Shown one piece after another: positions 35,714-45,629 of a stretch of DNA of 57,004 bases. The notes beneath the pieces were generated by a model. The model did no database searches, was not told where the DNA came from, and saw only the letters and a program-made list of their open reading frames with translations. The DNA lies in the IMG/VR virus record IMGVR_UViG_3300024999_000122, positions 1 through 57,004 of that record, one strand, 5' to 3'. Made by a program: the position numbers and the translations under genes. The DNA comes from a virus. Taxonomy: Duplodnaviria; Caudoviricetes. The stretch's first letter is position 1, and the number at the start of each line of letters is the position of its first letter.

Positions 35714-38700
35714 ATGGCTGGAAAAGATACAAGTCTACAAGACTACAAATACGTAGACGTATGGTACAGCGACGAAAAAGGTAAAAGTAGCCCCTGGCAG
35801 CGTATAGAAATGGGCGGTGTCCCTAAATTCCAGCAGGAAGAAGCGTTCAACTTTAATTGTTTCGCTACCGTGCAGCGCTTCGCTAGTAAGACGAAGGTAA
35901 AGGGGGAGGCCTTTATAGCCCCCCTTTTCTTCGACCTAGATTATGAAGCAGACCCGGGCCTAGCTAAGGACGAATCAGTAAGAATAGTTGACTTCTTCAT
36001 AACGGAATTAGACGTAAAGCCCACAGACATATGGGTATATTTTAGCGGTAGTAAGGGCTTCCATATACTCGTAAGCGGCCAGGCTATTGGTATCGAACCT
36101 AGTCATACCCTACACAAGGTATTCAATCATATAGCGGGGTACCTTAAATACAGGCTGGGTAACGTCGTCGTAAAAGAAGACGAAACAGGCAAAGAACAGG
36201 ACGTAGTGGAACCGCTTAAAAGCATTGACCCAGTAGTATACACGTCGTACAGAATGTTAAGGCTGCCAAACAGTGTACACGCTAAGACGCGCCTGTTTAA
36301 GGTAGAACTGACCATAGACGAACTAAGGACCCTAAGCATGGACGAAATACGGGATAAGGCTCGTATGCCACGGAGAAGCGACGAAGGGCTATTTACCGCC
36401 GAAGAACGCCAGACAGCGTTAGGGTTACGGAAAACTACGGCCGCCTTCTTCGCTGACAAGCGCCAGGAATATGAACAGGCCGCGGCGACGTCCAGCCAGA
36501 AGTACGAAAAAGAAGAATTCGTATTTGTAAAGGATAAGCCGCCCGTATGCGTTAAGGACATTTTAAAAGGAGGCTGGAAGAAGAACGGGGACCGTAACCA
36601 GGCCACTGTACAGATAGCCTGCTATTTTAAGGCCGCAGGGCATACCAGGGAAGACGCGCTAAACACACTGGAAGCCTGGGTAAAGGACCATACCAGCGCT
36701 TCTGGGGGCTACCAGCTAAGCCAAAGGGTAGCTAATACCCGTAGCGTCGTCGAAGCTGTGTTTAGCAAAGAGAACGAATATAAGTTTGGTTGTGCTTTTA
36801 TTCGCAGCTTGCACGGGGCCAAGACACCAGGAAGCAAAGACTACGACCGTGTACCGTGTGCAGGGGACTTATGTGAAGTTCTTAAACGAAACGTAGACCC
36901 AGACGAAGAAGCCGTAAGCCTTCATTTAGCGGCCACGGGCGCGGCAGAATTCACGGGTAAACTGATACGTACCAGGGTAATGGTAGCAGGCAAGAAGCAT
37001 ACCCCTTATATCGTTCCTAAGAAGATCGAGTACAACTGCTGGGGACGGGAAAAATGTAAACGGTATGGCTGCCCACTGTATAACTTACCGAATAGCACAG
37101 CCTACAAGGATCTAAGCGTACAGAACCGCGAATTAATCCAAATGACAGCCACGGGCGACGACAACATAAAGGGTATTATCAAGGAACTAAGCGGTATACC
37201 AAACTGTACGAAATTTGACACGGAAATTGTAGAAACTACGAACGTCGAAGAACTTCTAGTAATTCCAATGGCTGACACGGAAACCGTAAGGCCGGACGAC
37301 GAAAAACACGAAGGAAAGTACGTTCTACGTCGTGTCTACTCAGTGGGAGCCTTGAAAATATCGGAAAACAAATACTATGAGATCGAAGGTTATGTTTACC
37401 CGCATCCTAAGAACCAAGAAAGTACCGTTATCGTTAAGTCCGCTACGCCCTTACAGGACGTCGTAGACAGCTTCATACTTACAGACGAGGTAAAGGCCGA
37501 CCTGGCGGTATTCCAGCCAGCGGACTATACAGCCGAAGCCATAGCCGAGAAACTAGGTAGCGTACTGAATGACCTAACCTACAACGTGACGCACATAGTA
37601 GAACGTGACGAAGTTTTACTAGGCGTGTTACTTACTTACCACAGCGTTTTACGTTTCCATGTTCCATGGGACGTGGACGCCATACGGGGCTGGCTAGAAC
37701 TTAAGGTAGTGGGCGACACGGGGACAGGTAAAAGCGCCCTTATCGAAAAGATACAGCGTTACGCAGGCCTGGGGGCCAGGGTAAACGCTGAAAGTACGAG
37801 TAGGACAGGCCTAACTTACAAAATGGAACAGTCCGGCAGCGGAGGCGCCTGGTACATTGTCTGGGGAGCCTGGCCGCTATCAGACAAAGAGCTGATATGG
37901 ATTGACGAAGACACGGGAATCGAGAAGGAAGCCTATGGAGAAATGACCCTAGCCCGGAGCGACGGACGATTAGAAGTAAAAAGGGCTGTAACCGCAGAAA
38001 CGCCCTGCCGAGTACGGGCGATAATGAGCGGTAACGCGCCAAAGGGAAAACGTCTAGCGGAATATACCCAGGGCGTCGAAAGCATGAAAGACATTTTTAA
38101 CAATGAGGATATAAGGCGTTTCGACTTCGGGGTATTTATGCGGGCCACGGACGTAGACGCAGCCCTTTATAATCAAAAGTTGCCGATATTCCCCAGCACT
38201 ATTAGCACAGAAACCTTTACACGGAACATTCTTTTTGCCTGGTCACGGGAACCAGAAGCCGTAAGCTTCGCAGGGGGAACCATCGAACGCATACTAGAAG
38301 CCGCGACAGAGTTAAGTAAGATTTACGGTAATGCTACTGACGTGCCCCTAGTTAGCCCTTCTGACCAAAGGAACAAGCTGGCACGGTTAACGGTAGCCCT
38401 AGCGGCCCTGACTAATAGCGTGGATGAAAGCGGCGAACGTATTGTAGTATGGCCAGGGCACGTAGACTTTATACTTACGTACCTTAAAGGCATCTATAAC
38501 GCCCCAGGATGCGGCCTAAACTACTACGCCAGGCTATCAGTCAAGGAAGAGGAATTAAGCGAAGACAGGTACGTAAAACTGACCACAGAGCTAAGGAAAC
38601 TGGACACGCTTAAGGGCCAGAATAAGTACCTAGAATTCATTACGTTATTCGCCCAGCAGAAGTATTTAAGACTGGGGGACGTCGAAGCCATGCTAAGCAT

Positions 38701-38857
38701 AGACAAGGAAGAAGCTAAGGCCGTGGTAAACCTTCTGGCCAAGTTACGAATGGTTATTATGACGTCTGGCGGGTACCGAAAAACGCCACGCTTCAACAGC
38801 TATATTGCTAAGTGCTTCGAACTTGGCCTATTCGATAACCTGGACAATGACATTTAA
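35714..38857 (+). CDS. AEP primase / MCM-like helicase fusion
   Basis: AEP motifs 'FFDLD', 'FSGSKGFH', 'RMLRLPNSVH'; Cys clusters; AAA+ 'GDTGTGKS', MCM-type 'STSRTGLT', 'WIDE', 'RRFD'. Confidence 0.85.
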   Translation: MAGKDTSLQDYKYVDVWYSDEKGKSSPWQRIEMGGVPKFQQEEAFNFNCFATVQRFASKTKVKGEAFIAPLFFDLDYEADPGLAKDESVRIVDFFITELDVKPTDIWVYFSGSKGFHILVSGQAIGIEPSHTLHKVFNHIAGYLKYRLGNVVVKEDETGKEQDVVEPLKSIDPVVYTSYRMLRLPNSVHAKTRLFKVELTIDELRTLSMDEIRDKARMPRRSDEGLFTAEERQTALGLRKTTAAFFADKRQEYEQAAATSSQKYEKEEFVFVKDKPPVCVKDILKGGWKKNGDRNQATVQIACYFKAAGHTREDALNTLEAWVKDHTSASGGYQLSQRVANTRSVVEAVFSKENEYKFGCAFIRSLHGAKTPGSKDYDRVPCAGDLCEVLKRNVDPDEEAVSLHLAATGAAEFTGKLIRTRVMVAGKKHTPYIVPKKIEYNCWGREKCKRYGCPLYNLPNSTAYKDLSVQNRELIQMTATGDDNIKGIIKELSGIPNCTKFDTEIVETTNVEELLVIPMADTETVRPDDEKHEGKYVLRRVYSVGALKISENKYYEIEGYVYPHPKNQESTVIVKSATPLQDVVDSFILTDEVKADLAVFQPADYTAEAIAEKLGSVLNDLTYNVTHIVERDEVLLGVLLTYHSVLRFHVPWDVDAIRGWLELKVVGDTGTGKSALIEKIQRYAGLGARVNAESTSRTGLTYKMEQSGSGGAWYIVWGAWPLSDKELIWIDEDTGIEKEAYGEMTLARSDGRLEVKRAVTAETPCRVRAIMSGNAPKGKRLAEYTQGVESMKDIFNNEDIRRFDFGVFMRATDVDAALYNQKLPIFPSTISTETFTRNILFAWSREPEAVSFAGGTIERILEAATELSKIYGNATDVPLVSPSDQRNKLARLTVALAALTNSVDESGERIVVWPGHVDFILTYLKGIYNAPGCGLNYYARLSVKEEELSEDRYVKLTTELRKLDTLKGQNKYLEFITLFAQQKYLRLGDVEAMLSIDKEEAKAVVNLLAKLRMVIMTSGGYRKTPRFNSYIAKCFELGLFDNLDNDI

Positions 38858-38869
38858 GGAGGTGGAAAC

Positions 38870-40267
38870 ATGCCAAAGGTCATAGATATGTTTTGTGGTG
38901 GGGGCGGTATGGGGCTAGCCTTCCAGCTGGAGGGTTACGAAATACCTTTAGCCTTCGACTTCGATAAGTTTTGTGTAGAAACGTACAGGGCTAATGTAGG
39001 TGACCACGTTAAACAGATCGACATTACAAAGCTTACAGCTATGGAATTACCTTACGCTGACGTGTGGACGTTCGGATTTCCCTGCCAAGACCTTAGTATA
39101 GCTGGTAAACAGGCTGGGCTATTCGAAGGCAAGCGTAGCGGTTTATTCTTCGAAGTAATGCGTTTATTAGACGAATCGACAGGCCGCCCTAAAATGCTAC
39201 TAGCGGAAAACGTAAAGGGGTTAAAGCCTTATTTGCCTGTTCTAGAACAAGAGTTTAAGGCTCGGGGCTACAGGATGTATGTAAATGTTTTTAACTCTAA
39301 ATACTGGGACGTACCACAGAACAGGGAACGGTATTACGTCGTCGGTGTACGGGACGACGTAGCAGGTGACTTCGTCTATCCTACAGAACAGCATGAATCC
39401 GTACCTAAGCTTTCTACCGTGTTAGAAACAGATGTAGCCGAAAAGTATTATATCAGTGACGAAAAGGCTGAGAAGATCCTAGAGCAGGCGCTTCTTAAGC
39501 TGGACAAGTTAGGTACGGTACATTCTACGATTACGCCAGATCGTGTAGACAAAAAGCAGAACGGGCGACGGGCTAAAGCGGACGACGAAGAAATGTATAC
39601 ACTCACGGCGCAGGATTTACATGGCGTGATACTGCGTTGGCGGAACTCTACAGACGGCCTGGTACCCAGTGACACGGCCCCGACGCTAAAGGCTAACGCT
39701 CATAAAGCTGGAGAACGTAACACGCCTTTTGTTATCGAAGAACCCCGGATAAACGTAGTAGGTATATTAGACCAACCGGGGCACGAACACCGAAAACGAG
39801 TACACGACCCCGAAGGATTAAGCCCGACCGTAACAGCCGTAGCAGGCGGGGATCAACAGGTTAAGATACTGGAGCCGTTGTTAGTACCAGTAGGCGACAC
39901 GGCCGCCAGCGCCCTTATGCACAGTCGAGGATTAGAAACACGTAAGGATAGCGTATGTCATTGTGTAAAAGGCGCGGAGGGGGGCAGTAGTAAAGGTCAC
40001 TTAGTAGAACGAACAGTGACAGGCTACCGTGTCCGCAGGCTAACGCCAACGGAATATGGACGACTTCAGGGCTTCCCTATGGATACCTGGAAGCAAGTAG
40101 TAAGTAACAGCCAGGCCTATAAGCAATTCGGGAACGCGGTAACCGTTACAGTAGCCCGTGCTATGGCTAAGACTATAAAGGAATTTTTAGGGGAGGGGTT
40201 ACGCGGTGAAACTAGGCAGCATGTTCCCGCCATCGAAGACATTAGCGGGGTCAATCCCCAGCCCTAA
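38870..40267 (+). CDS. DNA (cytosine-5) methyltransferase with long variable region
   Basis: 'DMFCGGGG', 'GFPCQ', 'ENV', 'PQNRER', 'RLQGFP', 'KQFGNAV'. Confidence 0.95.
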   Translation: MPKVIDMFCGGGGMGLAFQLEGYEIPLAFDFDKFCVETYRANVGDHVKQIDITKLTAMELPYADVWTFGFPCQDLSIAGKQAGLFEGKRSGLFFEVMRLLDESTGRPKMLLAENVKGLKPYLPVLEQEFKARGYRMYVNVFNSKYWDVPQNRERYYVVGVRDDVAGDFVYPTEQHESVPKLSTVLETDVAEKYYISDEKAEKILEQALLKLDKLGTVHSTITPDRVDKKQNGRRAKADDEEMYTLTAQDLHGVILRWRNSTDGLVPSDTAPTLKANAHKAGERNTPFVIEEPRINVVGILDQPGHEHRKRVHDPEGLSPTVTAVAGGDQQVKILEPLLVPVGDTAASALMHSRGLETRKDSVCHCVKGAEGGSSKGHLVERTVTGYRVRRLTPTEYGRLQGFPMDTWKQVVSNSQAYKQFGNAVTVTVARAMAKTIKEFLGEGLRGETRQHVPAIEDISGVNPQP

Positions 40268-42779
40268 AGCCGTCGCCGATTCGACCAGTGCCGCCGTAAG
40301 ACATTGTTTAAGGGACGTACTAAAGGCCAAGAAGCCAGGAGAATTTAAGGTAGACTGGCCGAAGTTTAAGCCCCAGGAACCGAAAGACTACCAGGTAATA
40401 ACTACGGTAAAACAGCTGGAAGATTACCTAGTACGCTGTGAATTTACAGGCCTGGGCGGCTTCGACTATGAGACAGCCGCGAACCAGCAGGAGCGGGAAC
40501 GCTTCGCTAAGTTCGCGGCCGAGATCGAAACCAGGAGGGCAGCAGCCAAGGGCCAGGCAGGCGACGACGTTAAACTACTGGATAAGCTTATAAAGGCTAT
40601 AGACACGGACTACGAAAAGGAGCGTACAGACCATTTAAGTACGCCCCTTGACCCGTGGAAGGCTGACCTATGCAGTATGAGCCTGGCAGCTGGTCCGAAC
40701 GAAGCACGGGCCGTATTCGTAAGCCACAAGAAAGGTAATAACCTATTTGAACCTTCTTTAGGCCGCGACGAAGCCCGCCAGCTGCTTATGGACACGTTAG
40801 AACGTCTGTTCTTTACGAATTCTAAAATTATGAAGATAGCCGTAAACCTGGCCTTCGAAGCGAAGCTTACAGCTAAGTATGGGAAGTACGTCTTAATGCC
40901 CGTAGCGGACCCGTTCGTAGCCTGGGTAAGACTTACGCAGCTGCTAACGCCACACAAGATCAAGAACCCGAAGAAGCCTACCAGCGGCAAGGGCCTTAAG
41001 CCTATGACGTTCGAGGTATTCGGGGTACGTATGAACGACTTTAAAGACGTACTAGCGAAGCACGGGGCCGACTTCTACGACGAAGTAGACAGCGACAGCC
41101 AGGACGCCCTAGTATACTGCTGCGAAGACAGCGACTACGCCATACAGCATTACCTTTACTGGGACTACGTGGCCAAGCAAATACCGAACGAAAACGACCT
41201 ATATAAAACGTACTCGGACTGGCTGCATAACATCGAAATGCCCTTTAGCCGTGTAATAGGCCTTATGGAATTCTGGGGTATGTACTGGGATAAGGACCTA
41301 AGCGAAGTTAAGCGCCAGGACGCCGCTACGATGCAGGCCAAGGCAGCTGACGAAATCAAACGTATCACGAAGGAAGCCCTGGGCCTGGACGTAAACCCGG
41401 GTAAGTCTGGGAAAACTGGCGAAGTAAAAAGCGTACTATTCGACGTGATGAAGGTACCAGCAGCGGCCTGGTCTGACACGACGAAAGACCCCAGCCTTGA
41501 CGCTAACGCCATCATGGATATGACCTTTATGCTGGAAAACAAGCTACTAGACCCAGACGAAGAAAAGTATTTAAGTGCCACGCTGCCCGAAGACTGGGAA
41601 ACCATAAACACGGAAACAGACCCCAGGCTAGACAAGGCTACCAGGATGCGAGTACGTATCGAGCAGCGGGAGCCGCACCCACACAGGGACGCCGCCATAG
41701 CCCTACTGGCCGAACTTAAGAAAATCCAGAAGTATAACACGTTACTAAGTAGCCATATCGTAGGCCGTGAAAAGTACCTAAACGAAGTTACTAACCGAAT
41801 TCACGCAAACTACACGCCCTGGACAGAAACCAGCCGCCTTAATTCCATGAAACCGAACGGCCAGAACGTGCCTAAAATGGATAACGACGAATTCGAAATA
41901 CGTAACTTTTACCGGGCACCAGGCGGTAAAATGTTGTTCCTTATTGACTACGCGGGCTTCGAACTTCGTCTAATATGCTGGAAGTCTGGCGACGAAGTTA
42001 TGATGGACATTTTCTGGAATAACGGGGATATGCACAGGAAGACAGCGGCGACGTTAACAGGGAAAGCCGAAGCAGACGTAACGAAGCACGAACGGGGCGA
42101 CGCGAAGCCTGGGAACTTCGGGATAACTTACGGAGGTACAGAACACGCCCTACAGAAGACCTTTAAGAAGTACGGAATACGTAAGAGCCTGGCAGAGTGC
42201 GCGCTAATCGTAACGGCGGTAAAGACGACGTACAAACGAATACCCGAATACCAGCAGAACGCTATAATCATATCCCGTGACACGGGCTACGCTGAATGTA
42301 TCTACGGCTATAAGCGCCTTTTACCTAACATCAATAGCAGCAACAACACGGCCAGGGGAGAAGACGAGCGCCGCGCAGGAAATACTCCTATTCAAGGTAC
42401 CGCCGCCGAGATTATGAAACGCTCACAGACGACGGTATACGAGAAGATCGGACTAGACACAGCGGCTAAGAACCTGGGCGTAAAGGTAGAGGTATGGGAC
42501 GGCTTTATACCAGAACTTAAAGCCCTGCTGGAGGAACCACCTGTAATGTGCCACGGTATTACGGACATGATAGCCCAAATACACGACGAAATTATATTCC
42601 AGTTCGACGACGACGTAGAAGTAGCCAAGGCAGCGGGGTACTGGGTTAAGAAGGTTATGGAAGTACCGCCTATGCCAGGCTTCCCGCTACCGATACAAGC
42701 AGACGCCAGCGGGGCCTACGCCTGGGGCAGTAAAGTAGATTTCGACAAATGGGTAGAACAGAAGGAGGGGGCGGGGTAA
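40206..42779 (+). CDS. Family A DNA polymerase with 3'-5' exonuclease
   Basis: Exo 'FDYET' and 'YCCED'; motif A 'DYAGFELR', B 'R.DAKPGNFGITYG', C 'IHDE'. Confidence 0.93.
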   Translation: MKLGSMFPPSKTLAGSIPSPKAVADSTSAAVRHCLRDVLKAKKPGEFKVDWPKFKPQEPKDYQVITTVKQLEDYLVRCEFTGLGGFDYETAANQQERERFAKFAAEIETRRAAAKGQAGDDVKLLDKLIKAIDTDYEKERTDHLSTPLDPWKADLCSMSLAAGPNEARAVFVSHKKGNNLFEPSLGRDEARQLLMDTLERLFFTNSKIMKIAVNLAFEAKLTAKYGKYVLMPVADPFVAWVRLTQLLTPHKIKNPKKPTSGKGLKPMTFEVFGVRMNDFKDVLAKHGADFYDEVDSDSQDALVYCCEDSDYAIQHYLYWDYVAKQIPNENDLYKTYSDWLHNIEMPFSRVIGLMEFWGMYWDKDLSEVKRQDAATMQAKAADEIKRITKEALGLDVNPGKSGKTGEVKSVLFDVMKVPAAAWSDTTKDPSLDANAIMDMTFMLENKLLDPDEEKYLSATLPEDWETINTETDPRLDKATRMRVRIEQREPHPHRDAAIALLAELKKIQKYNTLLSSHIVGREKYLNEVTNRIHANYTPWTETSRLNSMKPNGQNVPKMDNDEFEIRNFYRAPGGKMLFLIDYAGFELRLICWKSGDEVMMDIFWNNGDMHRKTAATLTGKAEADVTKHERGDAKPGNFGITYGGTEHALQKTFKKYGIRKSLAECALIVTAVKTTYKRIPEYQQNAIIISRDTGYAECIYGYKRLLPNINSSNNTARGEDERRAGNTPIQGTAAEIMKRSQTTVYEKIGLDTAAKNLGVKVEVWDGFIPELKALLEEPPVMCHGITDMIAQIHDEIIFQFDDDVEVAKAAGYWVKKVMEVPPMPGFPLPIQADASGAYAWGSKVDFDKWVEQKEGAG

Positions 42780-43141
42780 TGGTAGGCTACAAAGTAGGCG
42801 AATGGTCTGTAGATTTTATCGACGACATTATAGCCCAGTACGAAAAGGACGTAATGAGGACCGAGAACCCAAACCTAAAAAACCCGCTGGTATACGGGAC
42901 CATAAAGCTAGCCGAAGAAGCAGGGGAAGCCTGCGGAATTATCGCCAAGCATATAGGACAGGGCCACGACCTAGACATAGACGACCTGGAAGAAGAACTA
43001 GGCGACGCGCTATATTTCCTAGTCTACACGGCCCTAAAGGCTGGAAGCAGCCTAAAAGACGTTATACGTGTAAACATGGCTAAACGATGGAAAAGGTACC
43101 CTGACGGCTTCGAAAGCGCTAGGAGTATAGACAGGGTTTAG
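42779..43141 (+). CDS. MazG-like nucleotide pyrophosphohydrolase
   Basis: 'LAEEAGE...EELGD.L.F..N..K..KRYPDGF'; ATG 42779 overlaps the polymerase stop. Confidence 0.88.
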   Translation: MVGYKVGEWSVDFIDDIIAQYEKDVMRTENPNLKNPLVYGTIKLAEEAGEACGIIAKHIGQGHDLDIDDLEEELGDALYFLVYTALKAGSSLKDVIRVNMAKRWKRYPDGFESARSIDRV

Positions 43142-43160
43142 CCGTAAAGGGGGCGCAAAG

Positions 43161-43625
43161 GTGGGGAAAACGTATTTAAACCGTGACGAAAAGAAAACCG
43201 TCCTAGTAGTGGCATCGTTTACTGACTATCTCCAGCAGCTAGCTAGTAACACGACGAACACGGCACGAAGGAAATGTTTAAGAACGGCCCGTACGTGGGC
43301 GCTTAAGGCCATGGACACGTACTTTGAGGGGGTAGACCAGGTACAAGTACAGGCGGTACTTAAGAACGCTGACCAGATGGAGGTAGTAGCACGGTACAAG
43401 GACCAGGCCATACGAGAGTATAAGGCCATGCTAGAACTAGACAGCACTACCCCAATGGTAACCGAGGACTTACTAGACCTAGCAGAAGTAGCGGTAGAGT
43501 TATGCGTAACATGTCATAAAGAAGCGTCTGGAGTGTCATTGTGTGCGTTACGTACGATGCTACTTAAGTACAACATACCTATGGCTAACCATGAACCAGG
43601 GCAAGGCTGCCCATACAAAGCTTAG
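43161..43625 (+). CDS. Hypothetical protein with C-terminal Cys motif
   Basis: 'KTYLNRDEK...CVTC...C.L...CPY'. Confidence 0.65.
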   Translation: MGKTYLNRDEKKTVLVVASFTDYLQQLASNTTNTARRKCLRTARTWALKAMDTYFEGVDQVQVQAVLKNADQMEVVARYKDQAIREYKAMLELDSTTPMVTEDLLDLAEVAVELCVTCHKEASGVSLCALRTMLLKYNIPMANHEPGQGCPYKA

Positions 43626-43636
43626 GAGGTAACACA

Positions 43637-44254
43637 GTGGAAGACTTAGTAAGCAGAACTAAACTACGCAGGGCCTACGGACGTATAAGGGCTATTCTGG
43701 ATCAGGAGGGCGTGGAACTTAAAACATTCCACACCCTACCAGACATTTACCTTACCGTTATAGCTGGGGTAAGTATTAGCCTAAACGAACTAGCCCTACT
43801 TCAACCGTACGACGATAACGAGCCACCAAGGGACTGGGACGATTTTCTAGCGGCCGCTACCGACATGTTCGTAAAGAAGAACACGGACTACGGTAACTCA
43901 TTTATGAAAGCCTTAATAGGCGCCAGAGACCCCCAGTATTTCTGGGCCTGGGAAGCGACTAAGAAACTGAACCGTCTTAGGACCTGGCTGAAACGTGGGG
44001 AGCTAAAGGTATTCGGGGAGAAAGTGAAAGACGACGTACTAGACCTTTTTGTATACACTGTGCAATTTTTTATTTTCATACGTTACGAATTCGACCCCTT
44101 CTCCCATTTAAACGAACGCGGATTCTACGCCCGTGCAGCCCATAGGACTATTCTGGAATGGCTAGATGTATACGCTAACCTGGGCGTAATTAAGCCAGAC
44201 GAAGAAGGCGAGCTAATCGAATTACTGCTTACGTACATGGGGCGCGGTAAATAA
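43637..44254 (+). CDS. Nucleotide-modification-associated (Nmad1/DUF1599-like) protein
   Basis: 'KKNTDYGNSF...KLNRL...E.V.D.VLDL..Y' motif. Confidence 0.65.
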   Translation: MEDLVSRTKLRRAYGRIRAILDQEGVELKTFHTLPDIYLTVIAGVSISLNELALLQPYDDNEPPRDWDDFLAAATDMFVKKNTDYGNSFMKALIGARDPQYFWAWEATKKLNRLRTWLKRGELKVFGEKVKDDVLDLFVYTVQFFIFIRYEFDPFSHLNERGFYARAAHRTILEWLDVYANLGVIKPDEEGELIELLLTYMGRGK

Positions 44255-44925
44255 TGAACGGCACCGTAGCCAGGACGACGCTAATTATTCTGGCGACGGG
44301 AATCTTACTAGGGGGTGCATGTCATGGGACAGAGAGGGAAAATGCAGCAACGAAACAAGACGAAAGCCTATGTACAACACGAAACGGGGGCATACGATTT
44401 AGTGGAACAAATGAAGGACATAGCCCAGGAGTTGGAAGAAGAACGGGAGAAGTACCGCCGGGCTACGTTTATCTCGAACAGCCACAAAGCACGGGGCGAC
44501 AGCCTCCAGCTGGAAAAGGAAATGTACGCGCAGCTATGGAGAAACCAGCGACGACGAGCCAGACTATTAGCAGGGGCGACGTTCCTGCTGCTGGTAACGA
44601 ACATAGCGACAGCCTGGGGGTTTTTAAGGTAAGTGCCTACACAGCAGGGCACGAAAGCACGGGGAAACGACCAGGCGACAAGGGCTACGGGATAACGTCC
44701 ACGGGTACCAGGGTAAGAGAGAATTACACGATAGCGGCAGACTGGAAGGTACTGCCGCCTGGTACTAAATTAAGCATCGAAGGCCTGCCCTACGTTTACG
44801 TCGTCGAGGACAGTGGAAACTTTACGGGCAGTCAGCTAGACCTTTATATACCAAAGCTAGACGACGCCCTAGCCTGGGGCGTGCAGGAACGGGGCGTAAC
44901 GGTACTAGAATGGGGGAGGAACTAA
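44254..44925 (+). CDS. Exported 3D-domain cell-wall protein
   Basis: N-terminal hydrophobic signal; 'VSAYT..GITSTG..IAADWKVLPPGT..VEDSG..LDLY..WG' 3D domain. Confidence 0.82.
   Translation: MNGTVARTTLIILATGILLGGACHGTERENAATKQDESLCTTRNGGIRFSGTNEGHSPGVGRRTGEVPPGYVYLEQPQSTGRQPPAGKGNVRAAMEKPATTSQTISRGDVPAAGNEHSDSLGVFKVSAYTAGHESTGKRPGDKGYGITSTGTRVRENYTIAADWKVLPPGTKLSIEGLPYVYVVEDSGNFTGSQLDLYIPKLDDALAWGVQERGVTVLEWGRN
44324..44632 (+). CDS. Nested out-of-frame coiled-coil protein with C-terminal transmembrane anchor
   Basis: AGGGGGT RBS 8 nt before ATG 44324; lies wholly within the linker of the 3D-domain gene. Confidence 0.55.
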   Translation: MGQRGKMQQRNKTKAYVQHETGAYDLVEQMKDIAQELEEEREKYRRATFISNSHKARGDSLQLEKEMYAQLWRNQRRRARLLAGATFLLLVTNIATAWGFLR

Positions 44926-44929
44926 AGCT

Positions 44930-45226
44930 ATGAGTAACGTGTTAATGAAATGTGGGCATTCGGCCAATGGGTATAAGCAGACCGAAAGCGGGCCTGTACC
45001 AGTTTGCGTAATATGCGCGGGGATAACCAAAGACGCCGAAATAGTAGAGGATAACGTACCAGACCTAACTGGACGAAAGGCACGCTGTAATCACTTCGGC
45101 CAGGAAGCTAGACATGGTAAAACGTGTACAGGGGAGGCTAATTCTAAAATAGACCTGGTATTTTTTGAGCATAAACCAGACAGAACGTACGACGTGTTTT
45201 ACTGCGGCTGCTGGGGATGGGATTAA
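44930..45226 (+). CDS. Cys-rich hypothetical protein
   Basis: 'MKCGH..CVIC..FYCGCWGWD'. Confidence 0.65.
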   Translation: MSNVLMKCGHSANGYKQTESGPVPVCVICAGITKDAEIVEDNVPDLTGRKARCNHFGQEARHGKTCTGEANSKIDLVFFEHKPDRTYDVFYCGCWGWD

Positions 45227-45245
45227 ACGAAGGGGGTAAGGTTTA

Positions 45246-45629
45246 GTGAATCCAATATTAATGGCCACCGCTAACATGGTGCTTAAGGGACCCGCAGGCA
45301 GCGGCATAATGGACTTACCTGTAACTAAGATAGTCTACGGCGACGGACAGATAGGACTAGAAAGCTGCTGGCAATTAGACCCCGAAGAACTGGAAGAAGT
45401 AAAGCGCACGGGTAACATTTACTTTGTAGCTATGGGCCAGACGCACCCGCCTGTATGCCTAAGCCCGTATAGCAGCTTAAGCGGGAAGGTAGACGGGCAG
45501 TACGACACAGGGATAAACCTGCTAACTTTATGTAAGAAGAATCCAGGCCCAGAGTGCGAGACATGCACAGTATACGCGTGCCCTAGCTATAACTGGTATA
45601 AGGGAGGTAAAGCCAGTGAAACAGATTAA
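45246..45629 (+). CDS. Hypothetical protein
   Basis: RBS; 'ESCWQLDPEELEEV..HPPV'. Confidence 0.62.
   Translation: MNPILMATANMVLKGPAGSGIMDLPVTKIVYGDGQIGLESCWQLDPEELEEVKRTGNIYFVAMGQTHPPVCLSPYSSLSGKVDGQYDTGINLLTLCKKNPGPECETCTVYACPSYNWYKGGKASETD

Noticed and set aside
40206-44254. Modified-base (Z or 7-deazaguanine) pathway suggested by PolA + MazG + Nmad1-like genes
   Set aside because: No PurZ, Que/DpdA, hydroxymethylase or glycosyltransferase genes recognised.
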